A DNA stretch of 32,000 bases from Candidatus Thorarchaeota archaeon. Lineage in GTDB: Archaea; Asgardarchaeota; Heimdallarchaeia; Hodarchaeales; Hodarchaeaceae. Made by a program: the position numbers and the translations under genes. Location of the stretch: assembly GCA_048882505.1 (NCBI GenBank), contig JBHLRO010000019.1, forward strand, positions 37,863-69,862, given 5' to 3'. A model generated the notes under the pieces. The model had not been told where the DNA came from, ran no database searches, and worked only from the letters and a program-made list of their open reading frames with translations. This document shows positions 17,740-27,523 of this stretch, one piece after another (position 1 is the stretch's first letter; every line of letters begins with the position of its first letter).

Positions 17740-18558
17740 ATGAAACCAATGAAAACTGTAATACTTTGTGGTGGGAAGGGAACAAGAATACGAGAGGTTT
17801 CTGATAATATTCCTAAACCGATGGTACCGATCGGGAATTATCCCATTTTATGGCACATAATGAATCTTTACGCATATTACGGATATAATGATTTTGTCCT
17901 GTGCCTTGGGCACTTAAGTTGGCAAATAAAGAATTATTTTCTCAATTTTAAAGCCAAGATTGGTGATTTCACCCTTCACTTGGATAAACCTTGGGATATT
18001 GAATATCAGAACAATCTCAAAATGGATTGTGACTGGAAAATTACTTTTGCTGAGACTGGAGAGAACGCGGAGACTGGGGCAAGAATATTCAAAATCCAAC
18101 GTTATGTTAAGAATGATGATCACTTTATGATGACTTATGGTGATGGTTTATCAGATGTGAACATTAGGGAACTGATTAAGTTTCATTTATCTCATGGAAA
18201 AGTTGGTACTGTAACTGGTGTGAGACCAACTGGCAGATTTGGTGAAATAGAAGTTGGAGACCATAATCAGGTTTTAACGTTTCATGAAAAACCCCAAACG
18301 ACGGGCGGAAGAATTAACGGAGGATTTTTTGTCTTTGATACTAAAAGAATCTCCAAATACTTAGCCGATAGAGAGAGCCTTAATTTTGAACGAGAATCTT
18401 TGAAACAGTTAGCTCAAGATGGAAATTTAATGATGTTCCCTCATGACGGCTTTTGGCAACCGATGGATACATATCGTGAATATAAATTATTAAACGACTT
18501 ATGGAAAGAAGGTATGATGAAGGGAGACGTTCCTTGGCCTGGGGAAAAGCTAGGATAG
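17740..18558 (+). CDS. rfbF: Glucose-1-phosphate cytidylyltransferase
   Basis: ILCGGKGTRI.E, PKPMV.IG, TG..AETG.R, TYGDG, INGGFFV, FWQPMDTYRE. Confidence 0.93.
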   Translation: MKPMKTVILCGGKGTRIREVSDNIPKPMVPIGNYPILWHIMNLYAYYGYNDFVLCLGHLSWQIKNYFLNFKAKIGDFTLHLDKPWDIEYQNNLKMDCDWKITFAETGENAETGARIFKIQRYVKNDDHFMMTYGDGLSDVNIRELIKFHLSHGKVGTVTGVRPTGRFGEIEVGDHNQVLTFHEKPQTTGGRINGGFFVFDTKRISKYLADRESLNFERESLKQLAQDGNLMMFPHDGFWQPMDTYREYKLLNDLWKEGMMKGDVPWPGEKLG

Positions 18559-18604
18559 CCAGTTTTAATAAGTTTTATAAAAAATTTGGAGTATTCAGAA
18601 TAGA

Positions 18605-19780
18605 ATGAAGGAATTTGACGTAAATACAGGCAATAACAGTGATTTATTACAGGATATACCAAGTTCCGACTTCGTGAATGTTTATCGTGGAAAGACTGTT
18701 CTAGTGACAGGTCATACTGGTTTCAAAGGAACTTGGCTATCAATATGGCTAAAATCTCTTGGGGCCAAAGTTGTTGGTTATTCACTTAAACCCGATACTC
18801 AACCAAGTATTTTTGAAGAAACTGAGATGGAAAACAGAGTAACTCACGTCATCGGTGACGTGAGGGACGAAAATAACCTCAACCGTGTTCTTCAGAGTCA
18901 TGAACCCGACTTCGTATTTCACCTGGCAGCTCAACCATTGGTTCGTTTATCTTACGATGATCCAAAAACCACGTATGAAACTAATATAATGGGACTTGTA
19001 TACTTACTTGAAGCAATACGCAAGACAAGTTCGGTACAAGTCGCCATAAATGTAACCAGTGACAAATGTTACGAGAACCAAGAATGGGTATGGGGCTACC
19101 GTGAAAACGATCCAATGGGAGGAGAAGACCCATATAGTTCAAGCAAAGGATGCTCTGAGCTTATTACTGCAGCTTATAGGAGGTCTTTTTTCAGTTCTAA
19201 TGAGAAATCACAGGGCGGTGTTGCTCTGGCCTCCGCAAGAGCAGGCAATGTAATTGGCGGAGGAGACTGGGCTCAAGATAGGATAATACCAGATTGTATG
19301 AGAGCTCTGATGGAAAAAAAACCTATTAAAGTGCGTAATCCTCTTGCTTATCGTCCTTGGCAACACGTTCTTGAGCCGCTTTCAGGTTATCTATGGTTAG
19401 GATTTCTTCTGCATGTGAAAGGTAGGGAATATGCCTCTGCCTGGAATTTTGGCCCAAATGAAAAACAGACAATCACCGTGGAAGAACTAGTCGAACTAGT
19501 GATTAAGGTTTGGGGAGAAGGTTCTTGGATACCGCAACGGGATACTGAACGCCAATACGAAGCTACCTATCTAAAACTTGATTCCAGCAAGGCGTTTCGC
19601 CTATTAAAATGGTCTTCACTCTACGACATCGAGGAAGCTATTGTTAAAACAATCAATTGGTATAAGATTGCTGACGAAGGCCAAACCGATGTCTATGAGT
19701 TTTGCTTAACGCAGATTAGGGAATATATCGCCCTTGCGAAAAATAAAGGTATGATATGGACGTCTGTCCTGGACATTTGA
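18605..19780 (+). CDS. rfbG: CDP-glucose 4,6-dehydratase
   Basis: VTGHTGFKGTWL, FHLAAQPLVRLSY, TSDKCYEN, DPYSSSKGCSE, RAGNVIGGGDWAQDRIIPD, RPWQHVLEPLSGYL, AWNFGP. Confidence 0.96.
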   Translation: MKEFDVNTGNNSDLLQDIPSSDFVNVYRGKTVLVTGHTGFKGTWLSIWLKSLGAKVVGYSLKPDTQPSIFEETEMENRVTHVIGDVRDENNLNRVLQSHEPDFVFHLAAQPLVRLSYDDPKTTYETNIMGLVYLLEAIRKTSSVQVAINVTSDKCYENQEWVWGYRENDPMGGEDPYSSSKGCSELITAAYRRSFFSSNEKSQGGVALASARAGNVIGGGDWAQDRIIPDCMRALMEKKPIKVRNPLAYRPWQHVLEPLSGYLWLGFLLHVKGREYASAWNFGPNEKQTITVEELVELVIKVWGEGSWIPQRDTERQYEATYLKLDSSKAFRLLKWSSLYDIEEAIVKTINWYKIADEGQTDVYEFCLTQIREYIALAKNKGMIWTSVLDI

Positions 19781-19843
19781 TCCTACTCATGTCTATTTGG
19801 TGAACACGATTTCATACCAGGCTGAATGATCAATGGATGATTT

Positions 19844-20827
19844 TTGATGGGAATATTGCCGCATTTAGATGAAATGAAAGAAAAAATTTTCTTGATTACG
19901 GGAGGTTTGGGGTTTGTAGGAAGAAATTTAACTTTTGCGTTGTTGAATCATGATATTAGACCCATTATTCTAGATTATATCCCAGAAGGTAAACGACTTG
20001 ATCGACGATATCTCCCATTTAGTCTAGATGATGTTGAATTTCATAATATTGACTTGACAGATCGGAACGCGGTGTTAGGTTTAATGAGAGACAAGTCACC
20101 TGATTTTGTCGTTCACCTTGCAGCTATGACGGATTTGACCAAAGATTTCAAATCTGCTCTTATATCTGTTGAAATTAACATTAAAGGAACTTTACATCTA
20201 TTAGAAAGCATTAACAATTTTCCAGTATCCAGTTTTGTGTTCGTAAGCACCAGTGATGTCTATGGTGCAGTTTCCCCCCCTTTTGATGAGAATCAAATTA
20301 TAATTCCAGCATCCCCCTATTCAGTATCAAAAGCATCAGCAGAAATGTATTGCCTTATGTTTAGCAACGTGTTTGATTTACCTATAACAATTCTTAGAAG
20401 TTTCAACCTTTTTGGAAAATATCAAGAGACAAATCGAGTTATACCCTATATTATTCAGCGACTCATGAATGGCCAAATTGTTGAATTAACAGGTGGAGAG
20501 CAGAAAAGAGAGTTTAACTACGTAAAAAACTTTATTGATGCAATATTCTTATGTTTCAAAAGACCTAGCAGCCATGGAACAATAATTAATGTAGGAACTG
20601 GCGAATCAATAAGCATTAAGGACATTGCGATAAGTATTGCGAAAAGATTCGATCTTATCGACAATTTGCAGTTTGGTGCTATTCCTTATAGACCAAATGA
20701 AATCTGGGATATGTACTGCGATAATACTCGTGCTAAAACAATTCTGGGATGGGAACCAAGAATCACAGTAGAAGAAGGAATTAATCGGACAATCGATTGG
20801 TTTCAAAAAACTTTCACATCAAGGTAA
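19844..20827 (+). CDS. NAD-dependent epimerase/dehydratase (extended SDR), probable NDP-4-keto-6-deoxyhexose reductase
   Basis: ITGGLGFVG, HLAA, STSDVYG, YSVSK (YxxxK), GEQKREFNYV. Lies directly after rfbF-rfbG. The start may be ATG 19874. Confidence 0.85.
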   Translation: MMGILPHLDEMKEKIFLITGGLGFVGRNLTFALLNHDIRPIILDYIPEGKRLDRRYLPFSLDDVEFHNIDLTDRNAVLGLMRDKSPDFVVHLAAMTDLTKDFKSALISVEINIKGTLHLLESINNFPVSSFVFVSTSDVYGAVSPPFDENQIIIPASPYSVSKASAEMYCLMFSNVFDLPITILRSFNLFGKYQETNRVIPYIIQRLMNGQIVELTGGEQKREFNYVKNFIDAIFLCFKRPSSHGTIINVGTGESISIKDIAISIAKRFDLIDNLQFGAIPYRPNEIWDMYCDNTRAKTILGWEPRITVEEGINRTIDWFQKTFTSR

Positions 20828-20912
20828 TTCGTTTCCAATCACCATTAGTCAATAATCAAAGAATCACGCTGCTGTCCTTAAAATGAGGATTGCTAAATTT
20901 GAATGCTCATGG

Positions 20913-21767
20913 CTAAGCAGTAAGAGCCTTTCCTGTTCCAAATAATCCTCTGATAATCGCAGCAGCTTCAAAAAGTCGTTCGAAATTTCTGTGTACTAAG
21001 CCTGCACCGATGAGGAGCAAAACTCCCTTGAGTCTGAATAATACGAACACAGGAATGTAAATAGGCATGAATTGCCTTATTACCTGCATATGGTCCTTAA
21101 CACTATGAAAATAGAGACTTGTTGCCATGGATCGACTTGTTGATGAATGTGTATCATGAAAAACTTCAGTGGAATCTGTTACATAGCATCTCCAACCATG
21201 TGAGGCTATCGCAAAGCATATAGCTACATCTGTGGTGAAATGGATTCTTTCATCGAATCGTACATTTTTCAAGGCTTCTCGGCGGAAAAAAAAAGCAGCA
21301 CCAGCAACATAAGGAACTTGTGTATTTGTGGGATAGCGTTTAACCCCAAAGTTTCCAATCTTCATTAAGAAGTCTCCACCATTATAGTAAATTCCCCGAT
21401 TATCACGTACTAACGGACCAACGACCCCAGCCTCAGGACAATTTTCCATGAAATCGCTAAGTACAGTCAGATAATTTGTCTGTAATCGGATATCATTGTT
21501 TAGTAGCGCAATATAGTTTTGATCCCTTGTTAATTTAAGAGCCAAATTCATTTTTTGGTTCAAGCCTGGTCTAGACGGATCTATGACAAGCTCCACTTCT
21601 GGAAATTCCTCTTGGACCATTTCAATGGAACCATCTTTGCTCCCACTATCAATAACAATAACCCTGTAGGAAAATTTAAAATCCTGGTCGAATAACGTTT
21701 TCAGAGTTGTTCTCAGCTTTTCCCGTAAGTTGATTGTTGCTATGACTGCAGCAATTCTAGGGGGGAT
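20913..21767 (-). CDS. GT2-family glycosyltransferase with a non-canonical start (track ORF 20913..21620 is truncated)
   Basis: The frame upstream of the track Met reads PPRIAAVIATINLREKLRTTLKTLFDQDFKFSYRVIVIDSGSKDGSIE-MVQEEFP, the canonical GT2 N-terminus. It is followed by YIALLNND and VAGAAFFFRREAL. Confidence 0.88.
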   Translation of the reverse strand: MPPRIAAVIATINLREKLRTTLKTLFDQDFKFSYRVIVIDSGSKDGSIEMVQEEFPEVELVIDPSRPGLNQKMNLALKLTRDQNYIALLNNDIRLQTNYLTVLSDFMENCPEAGVVGPLVRDNRGIYYNGGDFLMKIGNFGVKRYPTNTQVPYVAGAAFFFRREALKNVRFDERIHFTTDVAICFAIASHGWRCYVTDSTEVFHDTHSSTSRSMATSLYFHSVKDHMQVIRQFMPIYIPVFVLFRLKGVLLLIGAGLVHRNFERLFEAAAIIRGLFGTGKALTA

Positions 21768-21776
21768 TACAGGGTT

Positions 21777-21782
21777 CCTCCT
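21777..21782 (-). promoter_or_regulatory. Shine-Dalgarno AGGAGG upstream of GTA/ATC of the GT2 gene
   Basis: AGGAGG-AACCCT-GTA-ATC-CCC-CCT-AGA on the minus strand: 6 nt to GTA, 9 nt to ATC. Confidence 0.6.
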
Positions 21783-22344
21783 GAATTTCGACGAATTTTA
21801 GGACGGGCAATTGATCGAATTTAGATGATTCGAATTGTTAGCTCTTCTTCTAAGATAACGTTATTATTTTTTCTTAATTCTGGTGAATTGAATTACTTTT
21901 TTATCTATCCCATCTGGGAACCAACGCCGAAAAAGCACACCACCTTCTTATGATGGTAGGTTTTAACCGATTTTATTGCATAACCCTCCTGGATACCAGG
22001 CTTATTTTTGAATTTTTAATTCTTTAAATGTACAAGCACGAATGAAAACACTTGGACTCTCTAATCTTTTAACATCATATGTTTTGTCTATAAAAAATAT
22101 CAAAGGGCTTGAATAATTCGTTTATTTCACAACCACTCATCATTCCACTTACTCCTCTCTTTTTAATTTCCTTTCCATCTACTTAGAGTTTCTTTTGATC
22201 TTTTTCTGCTTCATTTTTAGCCATAATTTATAAAACCATGTAAAGGTGGCGAAATTATCATTTGGATTGTAATATCATTAATATTAACGTGTTTAAGACA
22301 AGCTTATGGTCTGCTGCTCTATATTTTATGGAGGATCACCCGAG

Positions 22345-23316
22345 TTGATCTGTCAGGTATGTGGTAATTCAAAGGGAAACAATGAACTTCAAGTTTCTGA
22401 AATGATGTTTGGATTTAGAGATAAGTTTAGCTACTGGGAATGTTCAAATTGTGGGGGGCTCCAAATAGCAGAAATTCCAGAGAATTTAGGTAGATATTAT
22501 CCTCCGAATTATTATTCATTTGAGCAAAAAAACCCCAAAAAACGGAACTTGATTCGGTATAGACTTGGTATCAGGAGAGACAGGTTTGCTCTGTTCGGAC
22601 GAGGATTTCTAGGAAGATTGTTGTATATGATATCTCCTAGAGAGCAATTTAGACGTATAAGTAAATTGGGCATTAAGTTAAACTATGAATCCAAGGTTTT
22701 AGACGTTGGCTGTGGATCAGGAGCCTTTTTACGCAGACTTAAAGAATTAGGTCTCAAAGAATTAATAGGCATAGATCCATTTCTGCCAGGTGAAGCACAC
22801 GATAAAGGATTAAAACTTCTTAAAAAGACAATTTTTGACTTTGATGACCAAGATAACTTTGATTTTATACGTTTTCATCATACACTTGAACATATGCCCG
22901 ATCAAGCGGATGTAATTTTAAAAACATCAAAATTATTATCACCCACAGGTTCTTGTATGGTAAGCATGCCCGTGAAAACGAAGTATATCTGGAAACGTTA
23001 TGGAATACATTGGGTCTCTATTGACGCTCCACGGCACCTCTTCGTACACACCATAAAGAGTTTCAAAAATTTGGTGGAAAAAACGGATTTAAGAATAAGG
23101 CAAATCGAATTTGATTCTTCAATCTTCCAATTTTGGGCCAGTGAGCAATATAAACAAGATATCCCTCTTTTTGCCGAAAATTCCTATATGAAAAATCCCA
23201 ATAAAAGCATTTTCAGCGAAAACGAAATTTTTGAATTTGAGACCCTGACGCAACAACTAAATGCTGACGGCCAAGGAGACCAAGCAACATTCCATCTAAA
23301 GAAAACGACAAATTAA
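22345..23316 (+). CDS. Class I SAM methyltransferase with N-terminal Zn ribbon (glycan-cluster type)
   Basis: CQVC...CSNC, YYPPNYY, VLDVGCGSG, HHTLEHMPD, IDAPRHL. TTG 22345 follows a GGAGG RBS (track start 22306). Confidence 0.88.
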   Translation: MICQVCGNSKGNNELQVSEMMFGFRDKFSYWECSNCGGLQIAEIPENLGRYYPPNYYSFEQKNPKKRNLIRYRLGIRRDRFALFGRGFLGRLLYMISPREQFRRISKLGIKLNYESKVLDVGCGSGAFLRRLKELGLKELIGIDPFLPGEAHDKGLKLLKKTIFDFDDQDNFDFIRFHHTLEHMPDQADVILKTSKLLSPTGSCMVSMPVKTKYIWKRYGIHWVSIDAPRHLFVHTIKSFKNLVEKTDLRIRQIEFDSSIFQFWASEQYKQDIPLFAENSYMKNPNKSIFSENEIFEFETLTQQLNADGQGDQATFHLKKTTN

Positions 23317-23384
23317 GAATAGGTTAGCCTCTTCAGTGGTTTTAAATTTCATCCCAATTTACCCTTGTTCGTGAGGAATGCAAC

Positions 23385-24893
23385 ATAACGGAACCAATTA
23401 GGAAGAAATATCGACGGTTCTTGACTGGGGGATTTTCACAAGTAATGGTCTCACGAGCATTTTCTTTCATTTATATTGTAATCTTTGCTAGGATAGTAGC
23501 TAGGAATATCATGGATCAGATCATTATTTTAGCTGCGGGATATCAGATCATTGCTGAAATTACTATCTTTAGCATGAGGTATGTAGGGCCACAACGGGCA
23601 TTATCGGCACCTAATGAGTCTCTGAGCGCGAAAATCCGACATAACGCAGTAATCTTCATGTTAATTGTCTCGGCACCATTGTCAGTTATATTGTCTCTAC
23701 CAGTCCTTTTTTATGTAACTGAAACGCCAAATTTGGAGCTATATTTGATCTATGCCATGTCATCCTTATTAATGATATTAAAAGAAACCGAGGTTATGTT
23801 TGCTCGGTCATCTTTGGTTGTTGAGCGGGCATTATTATTGAACACGCTATACTCAGTGTTAAATTCAGTTTTAGTGCCTTTATTTTATTATATCACTCCT
23901 ACATTGAAGAGTGTCTTGTGGGCATGGAACATTGCCCTTCTAATCACAGTTATATTGGGTATAAAGCCCTTATTGTTAGTTTTGAAACTGAAGATATTTG
24001 ATTTAAAGGTTATACAGAACTTATTGCGTTTTGGATTTCCTATTTTCATCATTAGCGTACCAAGGCCGGTCATATTAAATCTGAATAACTTAATTATCTT
24101 TGAAAATCTTGAAGAAGGTGCTACAAGCGTTTTTTATTGGCCAAATAGGATCCTTGGAATTGCGAGTGAATTTTTGTTGATTTTTCTAGTAGGAATAGAG
24201 GAATTATTTACACATTTCAATACTACCAACAAAGAAACACTCCGAGACAGTTTTCTAGCAATTTTCAGATTACTAGTTGTCTTTTCTACGATCTGTTATT
24301 TTCTAATTTACCTGAATGCTGGAATCTTGATTGAACTACTTCTTGGAAGTGGTTATTTGGAAGCTATTTATCTGTTCAGACTATTGTGTTTGGCATGGAT
24401 CATCACAACAGTCAACACTGTACTCTCAGCCCTAAAAAATGCAGAAGCTCACCGACGTGTTATGGTTAAGGTTAATATATACAATTTCACATCAAAAGTA
24501 TTATTATTGATAATTCTCATTCCCATTGGACTTCTGGGGGTGGTAATAGCCGAAATATTGACCGTAACAATCGTTTTCATTTATTTTGCAATGAACATTA
24601 ATTTCTTTAAAGTAAACGACAATTTCATTCGTTTAGGGCTATTTGTTGCTTCTGTTATGCTATTATCAGTTTTTGGAAGTTTTTTTGATATGACTACCTT
24701 ATTTAGTTTCATAATATTGAATTCACTTTACTTAATAATTACGATGATAGTTTTTTTCTTATGCAGTCCGTTTACTAACCATGATATCGACTTTGCGAAA
24801 AAAATTTTACCAATGCGAATCCAATGGGTATTTAGATTTTATCGACCTTCGAAATCCATTTATGACAAGTCAGTTATCGGGAACAGCTATTAA
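23385..24893 (+). CDS. MOP-superfamily (Wzx-like) oligosaccharide flippase; start uncertain (track TTG 23421)
   Basis: About 490-500 aa with 12-14 hydrophobic segments, NLLRFGFPIF, ELLLGSGYLEA..LFRLLCL. Located inside the glycan cluster. Confidence 0.85.
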   Translation: MTEPIRKKYRRFLTGGFSQVMVSRAFSFIYIVIFARIVARNIMDQIIILAAGYQIIAEITIFSMRYVGPQRALSAPNESLSAKIRHNAVIFMLIVSAPLSVILSLPVLFYVTETPNLELYLIYAMSSLLMILKETEVMFARSSLVVERALLLNTLYSVLNSVLVPLFYYITPTLKSVLWAWNIALLITVILGIKPLLLVLKLKIFDLKVIQNLLRFGFPIFIISVPRPVILNLNNLIIFENLEEGATSVFYWPNRILGIASEFLLIFLVGIEELFTHFNTTNKETLRDSFLAIFRLLVVFSTICYFLIYLNAGILIELLLGSGYLEAIYLFRLLCLAWIITTVNTVLSALKNAEAHRRVMVKVNIYNFTSKVLLLIILIPIGLLGVVIAEILTVTIVFIYFAMNINFFKVNDNFIRLGLFVASVMLLSVFGSFFDMTTLFSFIILNSLYLIITMIVFFLCSPFTNHDIDFAKKILPMRIQWVFRFYRPSKSIYDKSVIGNSY

Positions 24894-25034
24894 AAATGTA
24901 ACAGAGGATTCTTCGAACGTATTTCTCCCTTTAAAATCGTAGATCTCCTCAAATCCATTCTGTAGGCCAGGCACATTGAAAAATAATTTTGGCTAGACGT
25001 TCGCAAATTAGAAGGATGAAAAAAAAGGAAACTA

Positions 25035-25895
25035 CTAAATAAAGTCCATTTCTGATAAGAACCTATCTGTGGCGTTTTTCCAATCTGGTAGAGAATATTT
25101 TATGGTTTCTTTGGTGCCAAAATTATCCAGAACTGAAAAACTGGGTCTTCGTGCAGGTAAATCAAATTCACTGGTTTTGGCTCTCACTAATTCCCCTTTC
25201 CACTTGGTTTGACGCAAAATATGATTAGCCCATTCAAATCTCGAACAAAAGCCTGCATTCGTGATATGGTATAGACCAAATGCACGTGTCAGAATTAATG
25301 AGTAGGTCGCTTTCGCTAGGTCAACACAATAGGTAGGAGCTGAAACCTGATCATCAACTATTCGTAACTGATCTTCTCCCTTACTCCATTCTAAAACCTT
25401 TTTAACGAAATTTACGTTACCTAGACCAAATAACCAACTTATTCTTATCAGGAAATAGTCGTTTACTAGCTGCTGCGTATAAAATTCTCCTAATAATTTG
25501 CTCTCGCCGTATTTTGAGATTGGGTTAGGACGATCAAAAATCGTGTATGGAGCACCCTTTGTACCATCAAAAACAGCATCAGTGGAATAATGAACAAAAA
25601 TGGCCTTGATTTCCTTCGATACTAAAGCTAAATTCCGGGTACCAATACCATTAATTAAATAGGCACTATACCAATCTTTTTCTGCTTTATCAACTGCATT
25701 GTAAGCAGCACAATTTATAACACAATCTATTGACTTTTTTTTAACAAAAGCTCTCAGGTCATTTAATTTTGTAATATCCAGGTTATGAGATGCGCCCGTA
25801 ATGTCAGTATCAACAAAATCAATCTTCTTTTCAGAAAAAAGCTTTTGAAAGTCTTGTCCTAGTTGACCATTGGCTCCTGTTATTAATATTTTCAT
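25035..25895 (-). CDS. rfbD: dTDP-4-dehydrorhamnose reductase
   Basis: ITGANGQLG, NCAAYNAVDKAE, HYSTDAVFDG, YGESKLLGE, DDQVSAPT, RPSFSVL. Confidence 0.96.
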   Translation of the reverse strand: MKILITGANGQLGQDFQKLFSEKKIDFVDTDITGASHNLDITKLNDLRAFVKKKSIDCVINCAAYNAVDKAEKDWYSAYLINGIGTRNLALVSKEIKAIFVHYSTDAVFDGTKGAPYTIFDRPNPISKYGESKLLGEFYTQQLVNDYFLIRISWLFGLGNVNFVKKVLEWSKGEDQLRIVDDQVSAPTYCVDLAKATYSLILTRAFGLYHITNAGFCSRFEWANHILRQTKWKGELVRAKTSEFDLPARRPSFSVLDNFGTKETIKYSLPDWKNATDRFLSEMDFI

Positions 25896-26020
25896 CTAAA
25901 GCTCTACCCGAGTGATTTTGAGGCTTTCGGAAGGTCATCATTATTATTACTCTTAAAGGAAAAGAGTTTTCCTACTTTTCATAAGAGAATTAAGATTTCA
26001 AAGTTCGATACGGACCCGTA

Positions 26021-27259
26021 TCAATCAATAATTGTTGGTTTGGGAAGAGGCAATATAAACTTCCCTCCTAACGATTTATATTCTTTTTCTTTGTTCATAA
26101 TCTCCTTAGCCCAATTCCAAGCCAGTATTAGAGCATAATCTGGTTTGTGTCTTAGAAAAGCACTTGGAGGTTTAATAGGAAGATGCATACCCGGGGAATA
26201 TAATCCTTGTTTGAAAGGTGTATTGTCAATTATGTAATCCAGATATTCAGCACCAATTTTACAGTAGTTAAGGAGTGTATTACCTTTTGCTGCTGCGCCA
26301 TAACCTACGATATCTTTTCCTTGACTTTTTAAATCCCGTAACAAAGAGATTAATTCTAATTTTGTTTTCTCAACCTTCCTTTTGAGCCCAAAATATGGAT
26401 CCAATGAATTCAGTTTATGTTTTTCTTCCAATTTTAGTAACTCAGTTACGGATTTCTCAACTTCTCTAGGAGTTTTGCTGACAAAGACTCTTATAGATCC
26501 AGAATGGATTGCCATTCGCTTAACTCGGAACAAGCACATACTAAATTTATCAAAAAGGGTACAAAGTGGTTTTACCGAAAAGTACGAAAGGTGTTCGTGG
26601 TAGATTGTATCAAACGCTGTTTTTTCAAGTAAATCAATCAAATATGGTACTTCAAATATGAAAATACCATCCTCCTGCAACATAACATCTAAGCTTTCCA
26701 AGAATTCGTTCAAATTATTAATATGAGCAAAAACGTTGGTAGCTGTTACTATCTTTGCTTTTCCATATTTTTTGACGATTTCATTAGCTGTATCAACCGA
26801 GACAAATTTATTAATGGTGTTAATCCCTTTTTTCTCTGATAAAAGAGCAATGTTAGTCGCTGGTTCTATATTGAGAGTTTTAACCCCAGATTTTTTAAAA
26901 TTTGACAGTAATGTGCCATCATTTCCCCCAATATCAATAACTAAATTATTTCCATTCAATTTAAACTCTTTTAATGCCTCTAAGGCAAGCTCTTTCAAAT
27001 TTAGCTGCATAGATCTAGAGGTTGAAGTCATATAAGGATATTCCTTGAACATAATTGTTGGGGGTACAACGTCAATCAATTGTACTAAGCCACAGTTTGT
27101 GCAATGATATACATCTAGGGGGTACCATTTCTCGGCATCAAATTGGGATTTATTCACGAATGCGTTAGCTAACGGTGTAGGCCCTAGTTCAAGGAATTTG
27201 ATTAATTTGCTACTCTCACAGATTCTACATTCTTTGTTCTTAATCGCTTCGTTAGCCAT
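26021..27259 (-). CDS. NDP-hexose C-methyltransferase (TylCIII/EryBIII/NovU-like; Zn finger + SAM domain + C-terminal domain)
   Basis: CRIC...CTNCGLVQL, YPYMTSTS, VIDIGGNDGTLL, NVFAHI, FDTIYHEHLSYFS, GYGAAAKGNTLLNYC, AWNW. Confidence 0.92.
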   Translation of the reverse strand: MANEAIKNKECRICESSKLIKFLELGPTPLANAFVNKSQFDAEKWYPLDVYHCTNCGLVQLIDVVPPTIMFKEYPYMTSTSRSMQLNLKELALEALKEFKLNGNNLVIDIGGNDGTLLSNFKKSGVKTLNIEPATNIALLSEKKGINTINKFVSVDTANEIVKKYGKAKIVTATNVFAHINNLNEFLESLDVMLQEDGIFIFEVPYLIDLLEKTAFDTIYHEHLSYFSVKPLCTLFDKFSMCLFRVKRMAIHSGSIRVFVSKTPREVEKSVTELLKLEEKHKLNSLDPYFGLKRKVEKTKLELISLLRDLKSQGKDIVGYGAAAKGNTLLNYCKIGAEYLDYIIDNTPFKQGLYSPGMHLPIKPPSAFLRHKPDYALILAWNWAKEIMNKEKEYKSLGGKFILPLPKPTIID

Positions 27260-27523
27260 CTTTGTTTCCCTTTCTTTGTAGGTGTCTCAAAGACTGTCTC
27301 GAAAGGTCATTGGTTACTCTAAATCCATTTTCTTGGTTAAATTTCAGTAAACCACCTTGATTTACAGCGCATATTGGTTTCTCAAGAAACTATAAATGTA
27401 TATGAAACACTATAAAAAATCAGTCACGACCTTTCGTTGAACCAAAACTTTAGTAGAAGTATTTGGATTCTATTCAGGAATTTTAAATTCAATAAACCTG
27501 CCCAATCATGAGGGAAAGTTAAA

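Noticed and set aside
19844-20827. Calling the SDR a CDP-paratose/abequose synthase (rfbS/rfbJ)
   Set aside because: The required 3-dehydrase genes are absent from the window and SDR motifs cannot specify the substrate.
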